NCBI GenBank assembly: GCA_938003925.1
Contig: CALKWQ010000023.1
Coordinates: forward strand, 243,799-307,798
DNA: 64,000 nt
Source of the DNA: an uncultured bacterium
GTDB taxonomy: Bacteria > Patescibacteriota > Patescibacteriia > Patescibacteriales > UBA12465
Direction of reading: 5' to 3'
Part shown: piece after piece, positions 17,710-26,607 of the stretch
Position numbering within the stretch: position 1 is the first letter of the stretch
How the letters are laid out: every line of letters begins with the position of its first letter
Translations under genes and position numbers: made by a program
Notes under the pieces: generated by a model
The model's database searches: none
Told to the model about the DNA's origin: nothing
Seen by the model: the letters and a program-made list of their open reading frames with translations, nothing else

Positions 17710-19846
17710 CAAAAGAACTATTTTAGAGAAATTGTTGAAGGAGTACTATCCGTTATTATTTGTTTTTCTAGTGGGCCTGATTTTAATCACTGGCCCTTTT
17801 ATTTTTAGTAATAATTTGGAAGGTTTTGATGCTGCTGGCCAATATGCCAATGCTTATTATATCCGTTCCGCCTTTTGGCCTTGGCCAGGTGGATGGAATG
17901 CCATGCTTTTAACCGGTTTTCCTCAAGGCTTATTTTATCCTCCTTTTTTTCATTGGTTAAGCGCTGCTCTTAGCTTTGCTTTGCCCTTGCAATTTGCCTA
18001 TAAGTTAATTTTGAGTTTGGCAGTAATTGCTTTTCCTTTAGTATATTTCATTTTTGCGAAAAAACTTTTACTTAAATCGGTATTAGCCAATTCGGCTTTA
18101 TTGTTGGCTGGCATTTTTTATTATTTTGATTTAGGCCTAAATGATAATCTTTTCTGTGATTTATACTTTGGCATGTCTTCCCACCTTTTCTCTTTGACTT
18201 TGTTTATTGTGTATCTATATTTTTTGTGGTCTTTCTACCAAAACAAAGGACGCTGGCAATGGGCGAGCTTATTATTAGCTTTAGTGATTGTTACTCATGC
18301 CATTACTGGCTTGGTGGCTATTTTGTTCGGTGTGCTTTTTCTGATACTGAGCTGGCGTCAGCGCGATACCTTGGTAAAAGCCATTCAACACTTAGTGTTA
18401 GCAGCTCTGTTGTCTTTGTGGTGGTGGCTGCCGATGTTGCTTAATATTTCTTACATGTCTGGCAGCGACATCAGTTCTACGGCCGCTCCTGTTTTGATTT
18501 TGGTAATGCCTTTTATTTTGGCTATTAGTTTGGCGACATTAATGACAAAATCAAAGCACAGTGCTTTTATTCAAACTATAGCCGTCTTTAACTTTTTGAT
18601 TATAGCAGCCTACTTATTGGGCCGAGTTTTTGTGATTCATAATTTTCCTATTCATGTTAGCCGTTTCTTAGTGTACCCCTTATTATTGTCGCCTCTGCCT
18701 TTATTGAGCCTTATTGCTAAGTTCAAGTATGATTGGCAGAAGATAAATTTAACTCTAGTTTTTGCCTTCAGTTTCTATTTTTTCTTTTTCAGAATTATTC
18801 CTGTGGGCCCATTTGATACTTTTCTATTAGATAATGTGCATAATTACTACAAGCAAGGACGCGTTATCGTCACCGGGGGCAGTCGTTATCTAGATGATCG
18901 TTTTCACACCACCAGAATGAAGTTAGCAATGGAACATAATTTACCTGTTTCTGAGGGCTTGTTTGTAGAGTCCTCAGCTAATGGCTGGTTTATTATGTCT
19001 ATGATGCAGAGTTGGGAGAGCACGGTTCCTACTTTTGTTTGGGCTTATAAAAATTTGAAGAATGTGGCTGATTTGCGCTGGGGTGCTGACATTATGGCAG
19101 TTAACTATGAATACCGTTTAAACGACCTGCGACCCTCTCGGGAGGAAGAAGATTTATTGCAGGCACAAGCTAAAATAGCCTCTTCTACAGAGTCAACGAC
19201 TGCGACGGTAGAAGGCGAGAGAACTGCCGCAGAGAAAGAGGAAGCTGTTTTATCCTTTAAAAACGAGCGCGTTCGTTTGCTGGACAATGAACGCACCACC
19301 TCTCTATTGGCTGGCACTAATAACCCCTTTTATTATCAGTCTTTTTATCAAGTGGGTAATGCGGGTTTAGCCGAGGCTCTAGCGGTGAGACCTGTAACTA
19401 TTGATAGTAATTGGCAGGCAAGCACGCGACGCTGGTGGTCTAGTGATTGGCTGAAGCTAGATAATAACGAGGGTGGCTACACTAAGCCCGTTTTAGTTTA
19501 TCGGCAAAATGTAGCTGCCTGGGAGTTGTCGCCGACTAAGATTGGTTTACCTTTGTCGTTGTCTCCACAAAAAATGGATACTTTCGTTGTTGATGCGACC
19601 GTTCTTGAGTCACCGGCTCCTATTTATGTCAAGGTAGCTTATTTCCCCTTTTGGCGTGCTTTTGATGAGACTGGGAATAGATTGGAGATACATAGAGCCT
19701 CGCCTAATTTTATGTTGGTTTATGGGCAAGGAAAAATAACTTTTAAATACGTGGAACCTAATTATTATTTCGCTGGCTTCATAGTTTCCGGGCTAGCTCT
19801 ATTGTTCTGCTTAGCAGGCTTGATTTGGTTGCGTCCGAAGAGTTAA
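17699..19846 (+). CDS. large polytopic membrane protein (about 12 TM) with a C-terminal extracytoplasmic domain; GT-C-like glycosyltransferase candidate
   Basis: ATG at 17699 (MVINKRT...) overlaps the pilin stop by 11 nt. The listed start at 17618 lies inside the pilin gene. Many TM helices, an EGFDAAG first loop, a roughly 300-aa soluble region and a final TM. Confidence 0.55.
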   Translation: MVINKRTILEKLLKEYYPLLFVFLVGLILITGPFIFSNNLEGFDAAGQYANAYYIRSAFWPWPGGWNAMLLTGFPQGLFYPPFFHWLSAALSFALPLQFAYKLILSLAVIAFPLVYFIFAKKLLLKSVLANSALLLAGIFYYFDLGLNDNLFCDLYFGMSSHLFSLTLFIVYLYFLWSFYQNKGRWQWASLLLALVIVTHAITGLVAILFGVLFLILSWRQRDTLVKAIQHLVLAALLSLWWWLPMLLNISYMSGSDISSTAAPVLILVMPFILAISLATLMTKSKHSAFIQTIAVFNFLIIAAYLLGRVFVIHNFPIHVSRFLVYPLLLSPLPLLSLIAKFKYDWQKINLTLVFAFSFYFFFFRIIPVGPFDTFLLDNVHNYYKQGRVIVTGGSRYLDDRFHTTRMKLAMEHNLPVSEGLFVESSANGWFIMSMMQSWESTVPTFVWAYKNLKNVADLRWGADIMAVNYEYRLNDLRPSREEEDLLQAQAKIASSTESTTATVEGERTAAEKEEAVLSFKNERVRLLDNERTTSLLAGTNNPFYYQSFYQVGNAGLAEALAVRPVTIDSNWQASTRRWWSSDWLKLDNNEGGYTKPVLVYRQNVAAWELSPTKIGLPLSLSPQKMDTFVVDATVLESPAPIYVKVAYFPFWRAFDETGNRLEIHRASPNFMLVYGQGKITFKYVEPNYYFAGFIVSGLALLFCLAGLIWLRPKS

Positions 19847-19872
19847 TTTAATTCAGTATGACATGATATTTT

Positions 19873-19902
19873 AGCAACGCTTATTGGGGCGTTGCTTTTT
19901 TT
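19873..19902 (+). terminator. rho-independent terminator
   Basis: Stem agcaacgc / gcgttgct followed by T7. Confidence 0.65.
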
Positions 19903-19979
19903 ATGGCTATTGTTGCCCCTATTTGTTAATACTGCTAATTTTTTGATTTTTTGCTATAATATTAATAAGTTTTACTTTT

Positions 19980-22103
19980 ATGCTGAGTAGGATTAAGCGA
20001 GCCAATAAGCGTGCTCGCGTCATTATTTTAGGTGTTTTTTTATTAGCCGGCGGCTTAGCCTACAGCTTTGCTTTTGGTTATGGAATTAATAATAATAGTG
20101 ATGGCTTAGTTTTAGATATAGATTTTAGTCAGGCCAATTACAACTCCAGCACCAGAACTTTTACCGATCGGAGCGGTAATGGTAATCATGGTGTATCTAG
20201 TAGTGATGTTATTTTTGTAGCCGATAAGGATGGTAAGAGTAGCGGGGCCATTAGTTTAAATGGTACAAGTAATTATGTAAATATTCCTACTTCTAATTCT
20301 CTTAATCCTGGTGCAGATATGTCTTTTTCCGCTTGGGTATATTGGCAGGGAGGTTCTGGCGACGATAATATTTTAACCAAAGAAAATGCTTACGAATTTA
20401 GAGTAAATAATGGTTATGTTAATTACGCTATAAATCCATGGGCGTGGCGCGGAGGAACGTCAGCCCCGATAAATACGAATACTTGGAATCATGTTGTTGT
20501 TACTCATGATGGTGATGGCTCTCAAAAAATATATATAAATGGGATAGAAAGATTTGCCACCGCTTCTGGCGGGGGTATTGCTAGTAATTCTAACGTAGTG
20601 ACTGTGGGGGCAAGATATGGTGGAACTGCAAGCTTTTTTAATGGTTTAGTTAAAGACGTTACCATATATAATCGTGTTTTATCTATAGAAGAAGTCAAGC
20701 AAATGTATAAGGCTAGCATGCCCAAAGCTCAGTTTTCTTCTTTAGAAAAAGGCTTAATTGGCTATTGGCCCTTAGATGCTGATAATTTTAATGCGTCTGA
20801 TAATAAGGTGACCGACAAATCTGCTTATGGTAATCATGGCGTTGCCTTGAGCACCTCCTTGTCCACCGGCAGAAATGATGAAGCTGGTAGCGCCTTTGAT
20901 TTTGGAGGTATTAATGACGGTTATTCGGTTAATATTCCTAACAATAATTTTGCCGGTTTGTCAGATTTTTCTATGAGTGCTTGGATTTATATCAAGGGCG
21001 CTCATTTGCATTATGATGGCACTATTATCAGTTCAGGTAATTGGAATAATACTCACTGGTCTTTTGGTATAGCTCAAAATAATAATAGTTTTAAAACTAG
21101 GAATCCGCACGCTTCTGTGGCTTATAATTTTAGTCAGAATCGTTGGTATCACGTAGTTTATAAAAGACAGGGGACAACACTATCTTTTTACGTGGATGGA
21201 GTTTTAGTTTCTTCTGTTAACAGTAGTAGTAATATCCCTTTGACCAGTGGTTATACCAATACCAAAATAGGAATGGACACGTATACAGGTAATTATTTTA
21301 ATTTTAACGGTAAAATTTCTGAAGTTCGTATTTATAATCGCGCCTTAAACGAAGATGAAGTTAGTCAATTATATTCTCTGACTAAACCCAAAATAGCAGC
21401 TAAATCTTTAAGTCAGGGGCTAGTTTTGGATATGCCTTTGACCTCTAAATATACCAAGGGTGGGGCGGCGGGATCTGAAATTATGACAGATTTATCTGCC
21501 TACAGTCATGATGGGCATAACTTCGGCGGTGTAGTTAGTGCAGAGGGAACGCTTTTAGCTAATACCGGTAACAGGGTAGAAACAAACTTAACCGTTCCCA
21601 ATAGTGGCGGCACTATTTCTATTTGGTACAAACCGACCTATAGTTCTACTGACGCTAATCGTAATAGCGTATTATATTCTACCGGTAATTCTTGGGTTGC
21701 TAATAGCTTTGAGTTAGCGCTAAGGAGCTGTTGTGGTGAACCATATGACAATGTTTTGTATATGATGGCTGCCAACAATTCTTATTTACGTTTTGAGTGG
21801 GATAAACCTAATTGGGAGGCTAATCAGTGGATTAATTTGACTATAGTGTATGACTCCCGTGATTATATTAAGCCTTATGTTAATGGTGAACTAGCTTTGT
21901 CTTCGATGGCGGTTAATACAGCTGATTTCAATTTTCCGGCCGTTTTTAACATAGGCGCCCGTAGCTCTGCCGGTGTCTCCGCTAAAGGTACCGTTTCTTA
22001 TCTTAAGGTTTATAATCGACCTCTTTCTGGAGAAGAAATCAAGACTCTATATGATAAAGGGCGGGGTGATGCGGGGGCGATTCTAAGCGGTACTAATAAT
22101 TAG
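19980..22103 (+). CDS. LamG-like (concanavalin-A-type lectin) repeat surface protein, N-terminally anchored
   Basis: Signal anchor, then four repeats each ending in the LamG_3-type motif (F.G.I.DVRIYNRALS.EEV..LY). Examples: FNGLVKDVTIYNRVLSIEEVKQMY, FNGKISEVRIYNRALNEDEVSQLY, KGTVSYLKVYNRPLSGEEIKTLY. Confidence 0.75.
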   Translation: MLSRIKRANKRARVIILGVFLLAGGLAYSFAFGYGINNNSDGLVLDIDFSQANYNSSTRTFTDRSGNGNHGVSSSDVIFVADKDGKSSGAISLNGTSNYVNIPTSNSLNPGADMSFSAWVYWQGGSGDDNILTKENAYEFRVNNGYVNYAINPWAWRGGTSAPINTNTWNHVVVTHDGDGSQKIYINGIERFATASGGGIASNSNVVTVGARYGGTASFFNGLVKDVTIYNRVLSIEEVKQMYKASMPKAQFSSLEKGLIGYWPLDADNFNASDNKVTDKSAYGNHGVALSTSLSTGRNDEAGSAFDFGGINDGYSVNIPNNNFAGLSDFSMSAWIYIKGAHLHYDGTIISSGNWNNTHWSFGIAQNNNSFKTRNPHASVAYNFSQNRWYHVVYKRQGTTLSFYVDGVLVSSVNSSSNIPLTSGYTNTKIGMDTYTGNYFNFNGKISEVRIYNRALNEDEVSQLYSLTKPKIAAKSLSQGLVLDMPLTSKYTKGGAAGSEIMTDLSAYSHDGHNFGGVVSAEGTLLANTGNRVETNLTVPNSGGTISIWYKPTYSSTDANRNSVLYSTGNSWVANSFELALRSCCGEPYDNVLYMMAANNSYLRFEWDKPNWEANQWINLTIVYDSRDYIKPYVNGELALSSMAVNTADFNFPAVFNIGARSSAGVSAKGTVSYLKVYNRPLSGEEIKTLYDKGRGDAGAILSGTNN

Positions 22104-22126
22104 GTTAAATTAAATTACCATCTTTT

Positions 22127-22297
22127 ATGTCTCACGAAATTGAAGCCGACTTTGTTCACGATTGGGGGAATGATAACACCCAGTGTCAGCATTGCACCAG
22201 TTTTAACCAATTGCCTGATGGGGTTGGTTTTTGTAATGAAGCTCAAGCCGAAGTTCCGGCTACGGCTCATTGCGATTTTTTCCAAGCAGTAGATTAG
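22127..22297 (+). CDS. unlisted HiPIP-like 4-Cys mini-protein (56 aa)
   Basis: My translation: MSHEIEADFVHDWGNDNTQCQHCTSFNQLPDGVGFCNEAQAEVPATAHCDFFQAVD*. Cys spacing C-x2-C-x12-C-x12-C and the Q.C..C..F ... G.C ... C.FF context resemble high-potential iron-sulfur proteins. It replaces the antisense ORF 22115..22315. Confidence 0.45.
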   Translation: MSHEIEADFVHDWGNDNTQCQHCTSFNQLPDGVGFCNEAQAEVPATAHCDFFQAVD

Positions 22298-22307
22298 GAT
22301 TGATTGT

Positions 22308-22766
22308 ATGCACACTCTAATTATTTACGATTCTCTTTATGGCAATACGGCACAAGCGGCTGTATTTTTAGGCCGGCAGATAGCAGGCGCGGTGGTTAAA
22401 ACGATTAAAGAGACGCAACTTAAAGATGTGGCTACTGCTCGTCTAGTTATCATTGGCACGCCTACGCATGGCGGTCGCGCTAGTCAGCCGCTGCAGGCCT
22501 TTCTCGCTACTTTGCCAGTTTCAATTTGGCAAGAACGGAGGGTAGCTGTTTTTAGTACCGGCATGCCAGCGACTAATAAGAATATTTTTTTACGTTTAAT
22601 TATCCGACTTATTGGTTACGCCGCCACCCCCACCCTGTCCGCCTTAGTCAAAAAAGGGGCCGTGCCAGCTGCTGCTCCAATTAATCTTTTGGTACAAGGG
22701 AAAGAGGGGCCGTTATTGACGGGTGAATTAGAGCGTTTTAATGTTTGGTCGGCTAGTTTAAAATAA
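22308..22766 (+). CDS. flavodoxin-fold protein
   Basis: LIIYDSLYGNTAQAA ... LVIIGTPTHGGRAS is the flavodoxin-like FMN-binding pattern. Confidence 0.7.
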   Translation: MHTLIIYDSLYGNTAQAAVFLGRQIAGAVVKTIKETQLKDVATARLVIIGTPTHGGRASQPLQAFLATLPVSIWQERRVAVFSTGMPATNKNIFLRLIIRLIGYAATPTLSALVKKGAVPAAAPINLLVQGKEGPLLTGELERFNVWSASLK

Positions 22767-22767
22767 T

Positions 22768-24111
22768 ATGGATTTATCTATACGTCGTCGTAGATTAAAT
22801 GAGCGGTCGGTATTAGCTGGCCCGGTGGTTTGCTGGCTGTCACGCGATCAACGTCTACAAGACAATTGGGCTTTATTGTCTGCTCAGGACTTAGCTTTAA
22901 AGAACCACCAGCCTTTAGTGGTGGTTTTTTGTTTAGCAGCTAATTTTTTAGGCGCCACCGCCAGACAATATGATTTCATGTTAGCGGGGCTAAAAGAATT
23001 AGAGTTAGCTTTAGCTAAGCTAAATATAAAATTTTTGATTGTTTCCGGGGAGGCAAGGGTAGAAATACCTAAATTATGTGAAGAATTACAAGTAGGTGTG
23101 TTGTTGAGTGATTTTTCCCCTTTACGCTTACCTCGTCTTTGGAAGCAAGGGGTAGCAGCTAAAATCAGATGTGCTTTTTATGAGGTTGATGCTCATAATA
23201 TCGTGCCCGCTTGGCTGGCTTCTCCTAAGCAAGAATTTGGCGCCTATACTCTGCGCCCTAAACTGCACAAGCTGCTACCCGAGTATTTGCACGAATTTCC
23301 TAAATTAAAAAAACACCCCTTTGTCTTGACGAAGAGGGTATTGAAAAATAATTATAGCCAACTGCGGGCTACTATAAAAGTGGACGAAGCAGTGTTGCCG
23401 GTAGATAAAGTCATCCCAGGTGAGCGGGCGGCTCACACAGCGCTACAGATTTTTATTAAGTCGGGGTTGTCTAACTACAACACTGGCCGTAATAATCCCA
23501 ACGTTCAAGCGCAATCAGGTCTGTCTCCCTATCTGCATTTTGGCCACTTAAGCGCCCAACGAGTAGCTTTGGCGGTAATAGCATCTTCCGCGCCAGCTGC
23601 TGATAAGGAGGCTTTTTTAGAAGAATTAATTATACGGCGAGAATTGGCTGACAATTTTTGTTTATATAATAAACATTATGATACTCCAGCTGGTTTTCCA
23701 GCTTGGGCTCAGAAGAGCATTAGTAAGCACGCACGTGATAAAAGGACTTACTTATATACCAAAAAAGTTTTGGAGAGCGCAAATACTCATGACGCTTTGT
23801 GGAATGCCGCTCAACAAGAGATGTTAATCACCGGTAAGATGCATGGTTATATGCGGATGTATTGGGCAAAAAAAATCTTAGAGTGGACGCCGGACTTGGC
23901 TACTGCCACGAAAGTAGCAATTTATTTAAACGACAAGTATTCTTTAGATGGGCGCGATCCCAATGGTTATGCCGGTATTGCTTGGAGTTTGGGCGGCGTG
24001 CATGACCGGGCCTGGTTTGAACGACCAATTTTTGGACAGATTCGGTACATGAATGATAAAGGCTGTAGACGTAAGTTTGATGTGGAGGCTTATATTAAGA
24101 AATTTAATTAA
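22768..24111 (+). CDS. phr: deoxyribodipyrimidine (CPD) photolyase, class II type
   Basis: Class II hallmarks: RDQRLQDNWAL, SPYLHFGHLS, ELIIRRELADNF, GKMHGYMRMYWAKKILEW, DPNGYAGIAWS. It starts 1 nt after the flavodoxin stop. Confidence 0.9.
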   Translation: MDLSIRRRRLNERSVLAGPVVCWLSRDQRLQDNWALLSAQDLALKNHQPLVVVFCLAANFLGATARQYDFMLAGLKELELALAKLNIKFLIVSGEARVEIPKLCEELQVGVLLSDFSPLRLPRLWKQGVAAKIRCAFYEVDAHNIVPAWLASPKQEFGAYTLRPKLHKLLPEYLHEFPKLKKHPFVLTKRVLKNNYSQLRATIKVDEAVLPVDKVIPGERAAHTALQIFIKSGLSNYNTGRNNPNVQAQSGLSPYLHFGHLSAQRVALAVIASSAPAADKEAFLEELIIRRELADNFCLYNKHYDTPAGFPAWAQKSISKHARDKRTYLYTKKVLESANTHDALWNAAQQEMLITGKMHGYMRMYWAKKILEWTPDLATATKVAIYLNDKYSLDGRDPNGYAGIAWSLGGVHDRAWFERPIFGQIRYMNDKGCRRKFDVEAYIKKFN

Positions 24112-24135
24112 TATTAGCTATTTAGGATATTATAA

Positions 24136-24163
24136 AAAGCCATTCTGGAGAGTGGCTTTTATT
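24136..24163 (+). terminator. rho-independent terminator after the photolyase gene
   Basis: Stem agccatt / agtggct (one G-U pair) with a 6-nt loop and a T-run. Confidence 0.6.
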
Positions 24164-24164
24164 A

Positions 24165-24193
24165 TTGACAAATATCAATTAATATGATATAGT
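24165..24193 (+). promoter_or_regulatory. sigma70-type promoter
   Basis: TTGACA (24165-24170), a 17-nt spacer, then TATAGT (24188-24193). Confidence 0.6.
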
Positions 24194-24222
24194 TTAGTTG
24201 TAATATGGCTCTTTAAAAATAA

Positions 24223-24301
24223 GGTTAAATTTGATTAATTGCTAAGGTCGTCGTTATTTAGTGGACGGCGAATTTAGCAATTAATCAAATTAATATTAAC
24301 C
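24223..24301 (+). promoter_or_regulatory. large perfect-armed hairpin in the 5' leader of the lipoprotein gene
   Basis: aatttgattaattgctaa (24228-24245) is the exact reverse complement of ttagcaattaatcaaatt (24274-24291). There is an inner tcgtcg/cggcga helix and outer ggttaa/ttaacc pairing. Confidence 0.5.
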
Positions 24302-24318
24302 TTAATACAATTAAAGTC

Positions 24319-25035
24319 ATGAAATTTGCTAGTTTATTATTTATTCTTATTTCTTTTTCTGCTTGCCATCAAGATAGGCAAATCACTAATGCTAAGCTGG
24401 AGGGCTTGCATGAATCAACACCAGATTCTGCTTGCCATCAAGATAGGCAGATCACTAGTGCTAAGCTGGATAGCTTGTATGAATCAACGCCCGACCAGCC
24501 ACCAGTCATTATTTCCGATGACTATTCCATTGTCAGGGATGGTCAAAAAATGAGAGTTCCTGCCGGCAATCTCCCCGTAATGGTCTATGGGGAGCCTAAA
24601 AACGTCATTGAAGTGGCTGCGCATCATTGGTTCGAAAATAAAGGCTATATTGGCGTCTACAACATTGTAGACATCTCTCTTTTGAGGGGTAATACCTCTA
24701 TTTTTTATAGAGACCAGTTCCTCTATGAATTTGAGGAGTATGACCTCGAGCGCCCCTTACCTATACGGTTTGTTTTAGATGAGAAAATTATTGACGGACA
24801 AAGTTTTTTGTTTATTAAGGGAAACAGTTTCTTAATAAGCGATGTAGGACTGCTATATGTAGATGGAAAAATTGTCGCCTCTGTAGTACGAAGAGATGGC
24901 TGTACCTATAGCCTTGCAGCTATAAAAAAAGTTGAAGCTTCCGAAAAGATTTTGGTCCGTTTTGAAAACGGTAAAAAGAAAATTTTTGGTTACTTTGACC
25001 AAAAGTCACAAAAAATAATCCTCCCTTCTAAATAA
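24319..25035 (+). CDS. lipoprotein with tandemly duplicated N-terminal segment
   Basis: Signal peptide with lipobox LISFSA|C, then ACHQDRQIT(N/S)AKL(E/D)(G/S)L(H/Y)ESTPD twice. Confidence 0.6.
   Translation: MKFASLLFILISFSACHQDRQITNAKLEGLHESTPDSACHQDRQITSAKLDSLYESTPDQPPVIISDDYSIVRDGQKMRVPAGNLPVMVYGEPKNVIEVAAHHWFENKGYIGVYNIVDISLLRGNTSIFYRDQFLYEFEEYDLERPLPIRFVLDEKIIDGQSFLFIKGNSFLISDVGLLYVDGKIVASVVRRDGCTYSLAAIKKVEASEKILVRFENGKKKIFGYFDQKSQKIILPSK
24361..24498 (+). repeat. 2 x 69-bp in-frame tandem duplication
   Basis: 24361-24429 and 24430-24498 differ at about 10 positions. The repeat unit starts at the lipobox Cys codon region. Confidence 0.85.
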
Positions 25036-25051
25036 GAAGTTAATTCCTAAG

Positions 25052-25081
25052 GAAGTTCACAATGTTGGACTTCTTTTTTTA
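25052..25081 (+). terminator. rho-independent terminator
   Basis: Stem gaagttca / tggacttc followed by T8. Confidence 0.6.
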
Positions 25082-25129
25082 TTTGTTCAATTTTTAAGAG
25101 CGTGAGCAGTTTTAAATCTCTGCTATCTT

Positions 25130-26500
25130 TTAACTACTTGGTTTATCGGTCCTGGAAATTAATTTTTTCTTTTCCCAGGCGCTACGTTTAAATACGATGA
25201 AATAAATAACCGCCATTATGATGTTAGTCAGAGGGAAGGCCAGCCAAACTCCATTGAGATTCAAATCGTTGAGACGGGGTAAAAGATAAATGAGCGGTAG
25301 TTGTAGCAACCATTGAGAGGTTAGAGTTAGAGTCATAGCTCGAGTGGTGTTGCCCGAAGCTTGTAGGGTGCTGCCAATAATTATTTGTACTCCCAGTAAG
25401 CCGAAAATAGGAGCGATGAAATGCAGATAGTTGGTTCCAGCTACAATTACCGCTTGATCTTGGCCGGCAAAAAGGCTAATTAGGTTCGGGGCTAACAAGA
25501 AAACTACCGCACCTAAAATACTAAGGGTCATGGCAGCGAGTTTTAAGCTGGAGTTAGCTAAGCTGCGCGCTAGCGCTGGTTCGCCGGCGCCTAATTTTTG
25601 TCCGACTAGCGCGGCGTTGGCTCCGGCCAGCCCAAAAGTAATCATCAGTATTACTTGCAAGATGGTGCTACCCACGCCGTAAGCCGCTACAGCCAGGGTG
25701 CCAAAAGTCGCAATCATGCCCGTGGTGATAGTTAGGGCTAAGCTACGAGTAGATTGCTCAATAGAAGCGGGTAATCCCAATAGAAAAGCTTTTTTAATAA
25801 ATTTTATATCTGGCTTGAAATCTCGGTAATGCAAATGAATACCGTGTTTACCGGCAAACAACAGATAAAGTCCGATACTGGCCGCTAAGCTTTGGGTAAT
25901 GAGTGTGGCGAGTGCTATGCCGCCTATCCCCATGCCTGGTAAGGGGCCGAAGCCAAACATGAACAAAGGGTCAAGCATGAAGTTAAGCATGACTGTGCCA
26001 ATGACTATATAGACAGGTGTTTGCGGCTTGCCGATGCTGCGCATGATAGACTGGAAAATAAAAAAGCAGAAGTTAAAAATTAGACCCAGGAAAGCAATCC
26101 GCAGATAAGATGAGGCTTCGTTTATAATCGAGCTATCAGTGCCTAATAGGTGGAGAATGTTTTCAGTGTTGAGGTAGCCGATGATACTAAAAATAATTGA
26201 GGCCGCAGATACCATTAACATGGTTTGAGCGGCAGACTTGCTCAACATGCTCTCATTTTTAGCCCCAAAATACTGGGCCGTCAGTGTTGAACCCGCAATA
26301 GCCAGACCAATCCCCAGGCTAGTCATGAAAAAAATTACGGGCATGCTCATGGCTACGGAAGCAATAGCCTTTTCGCCTAAGCGGCCTATCCAAAAAGCAT
26401 CGGTAATCTGATAAGCAATTTGAAAAAGTTGGGCTAAAATAATAGGAGAGGCCAATTTAACAATTGTCTTGATGTTATTTGTTTGCTTAAAGTTATTCAT
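25130..26500 (-). CDS. MATE-family efflux transporter
   Basis: 456 aa with 12 predicted TM helices. The N-terminal PIILAQLFQIAYQITDAFWIGRLG motif and internal two-fold repeat are typical of MATE/NorM. Confidence 0.85.
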   Translation of the reverse strand: MNNFKQTNNIKTIVKLASPIILAQLFQIAYQITDAFWIGRLGEKAIASVAMSMPVIFFMTSLGIGLAIAGSTLTAQYFGAKNESMLSKSAAQTMLMVSAASIIFSIIGYLNTENILHLLGTDSSIINEASSYLRIAFLGLIFNFCFFIFQSIMRSIGKPQTPVYIVIGTVMLNFMLDPLFMFGFGPLPGMGIGGIALATLITQSLAASIGLYLLFAGKHGIHLHYRDFKPDIKFIKKAFLLGLPASIEQSTRSLALTITTGMIATFGTLAVAAYGVGSTILQVILMITFGLAGANAALVGQKLGAGEPALARSLANSSLKLAAMTLSILGAVVFLLAPNLISLFAGQDQAVIVAGTNYLHFIAPIFGLLGVQIIIGSTLQASGNTTRAMTLTLTSQWLLQLPLIYLLPRLNDLNLNGVWLAFPLTNIIMAVIYFIVFKRSAWEKKKLISRTDKPSS

Positions 26501-26607
26501 AGCTTAGCCATTTTAACTTATTAACGGACTAGGAGCAAGTAGTCTTAATTCTCGTTTTTATTAGTTGTTTGTGCTATAATAAACTTATAATAATTAATTA
26601 TAAAAGT

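Noticed and set aside
22115-22315. Minus-strand 66-aa ORF
   Set aside because: It is antisense to a plus-strand 56-aa ORF that has a HiPIP-like Cys pattern and is co-oriented and tightly spaced with the flavodoxin and photolyase genes.
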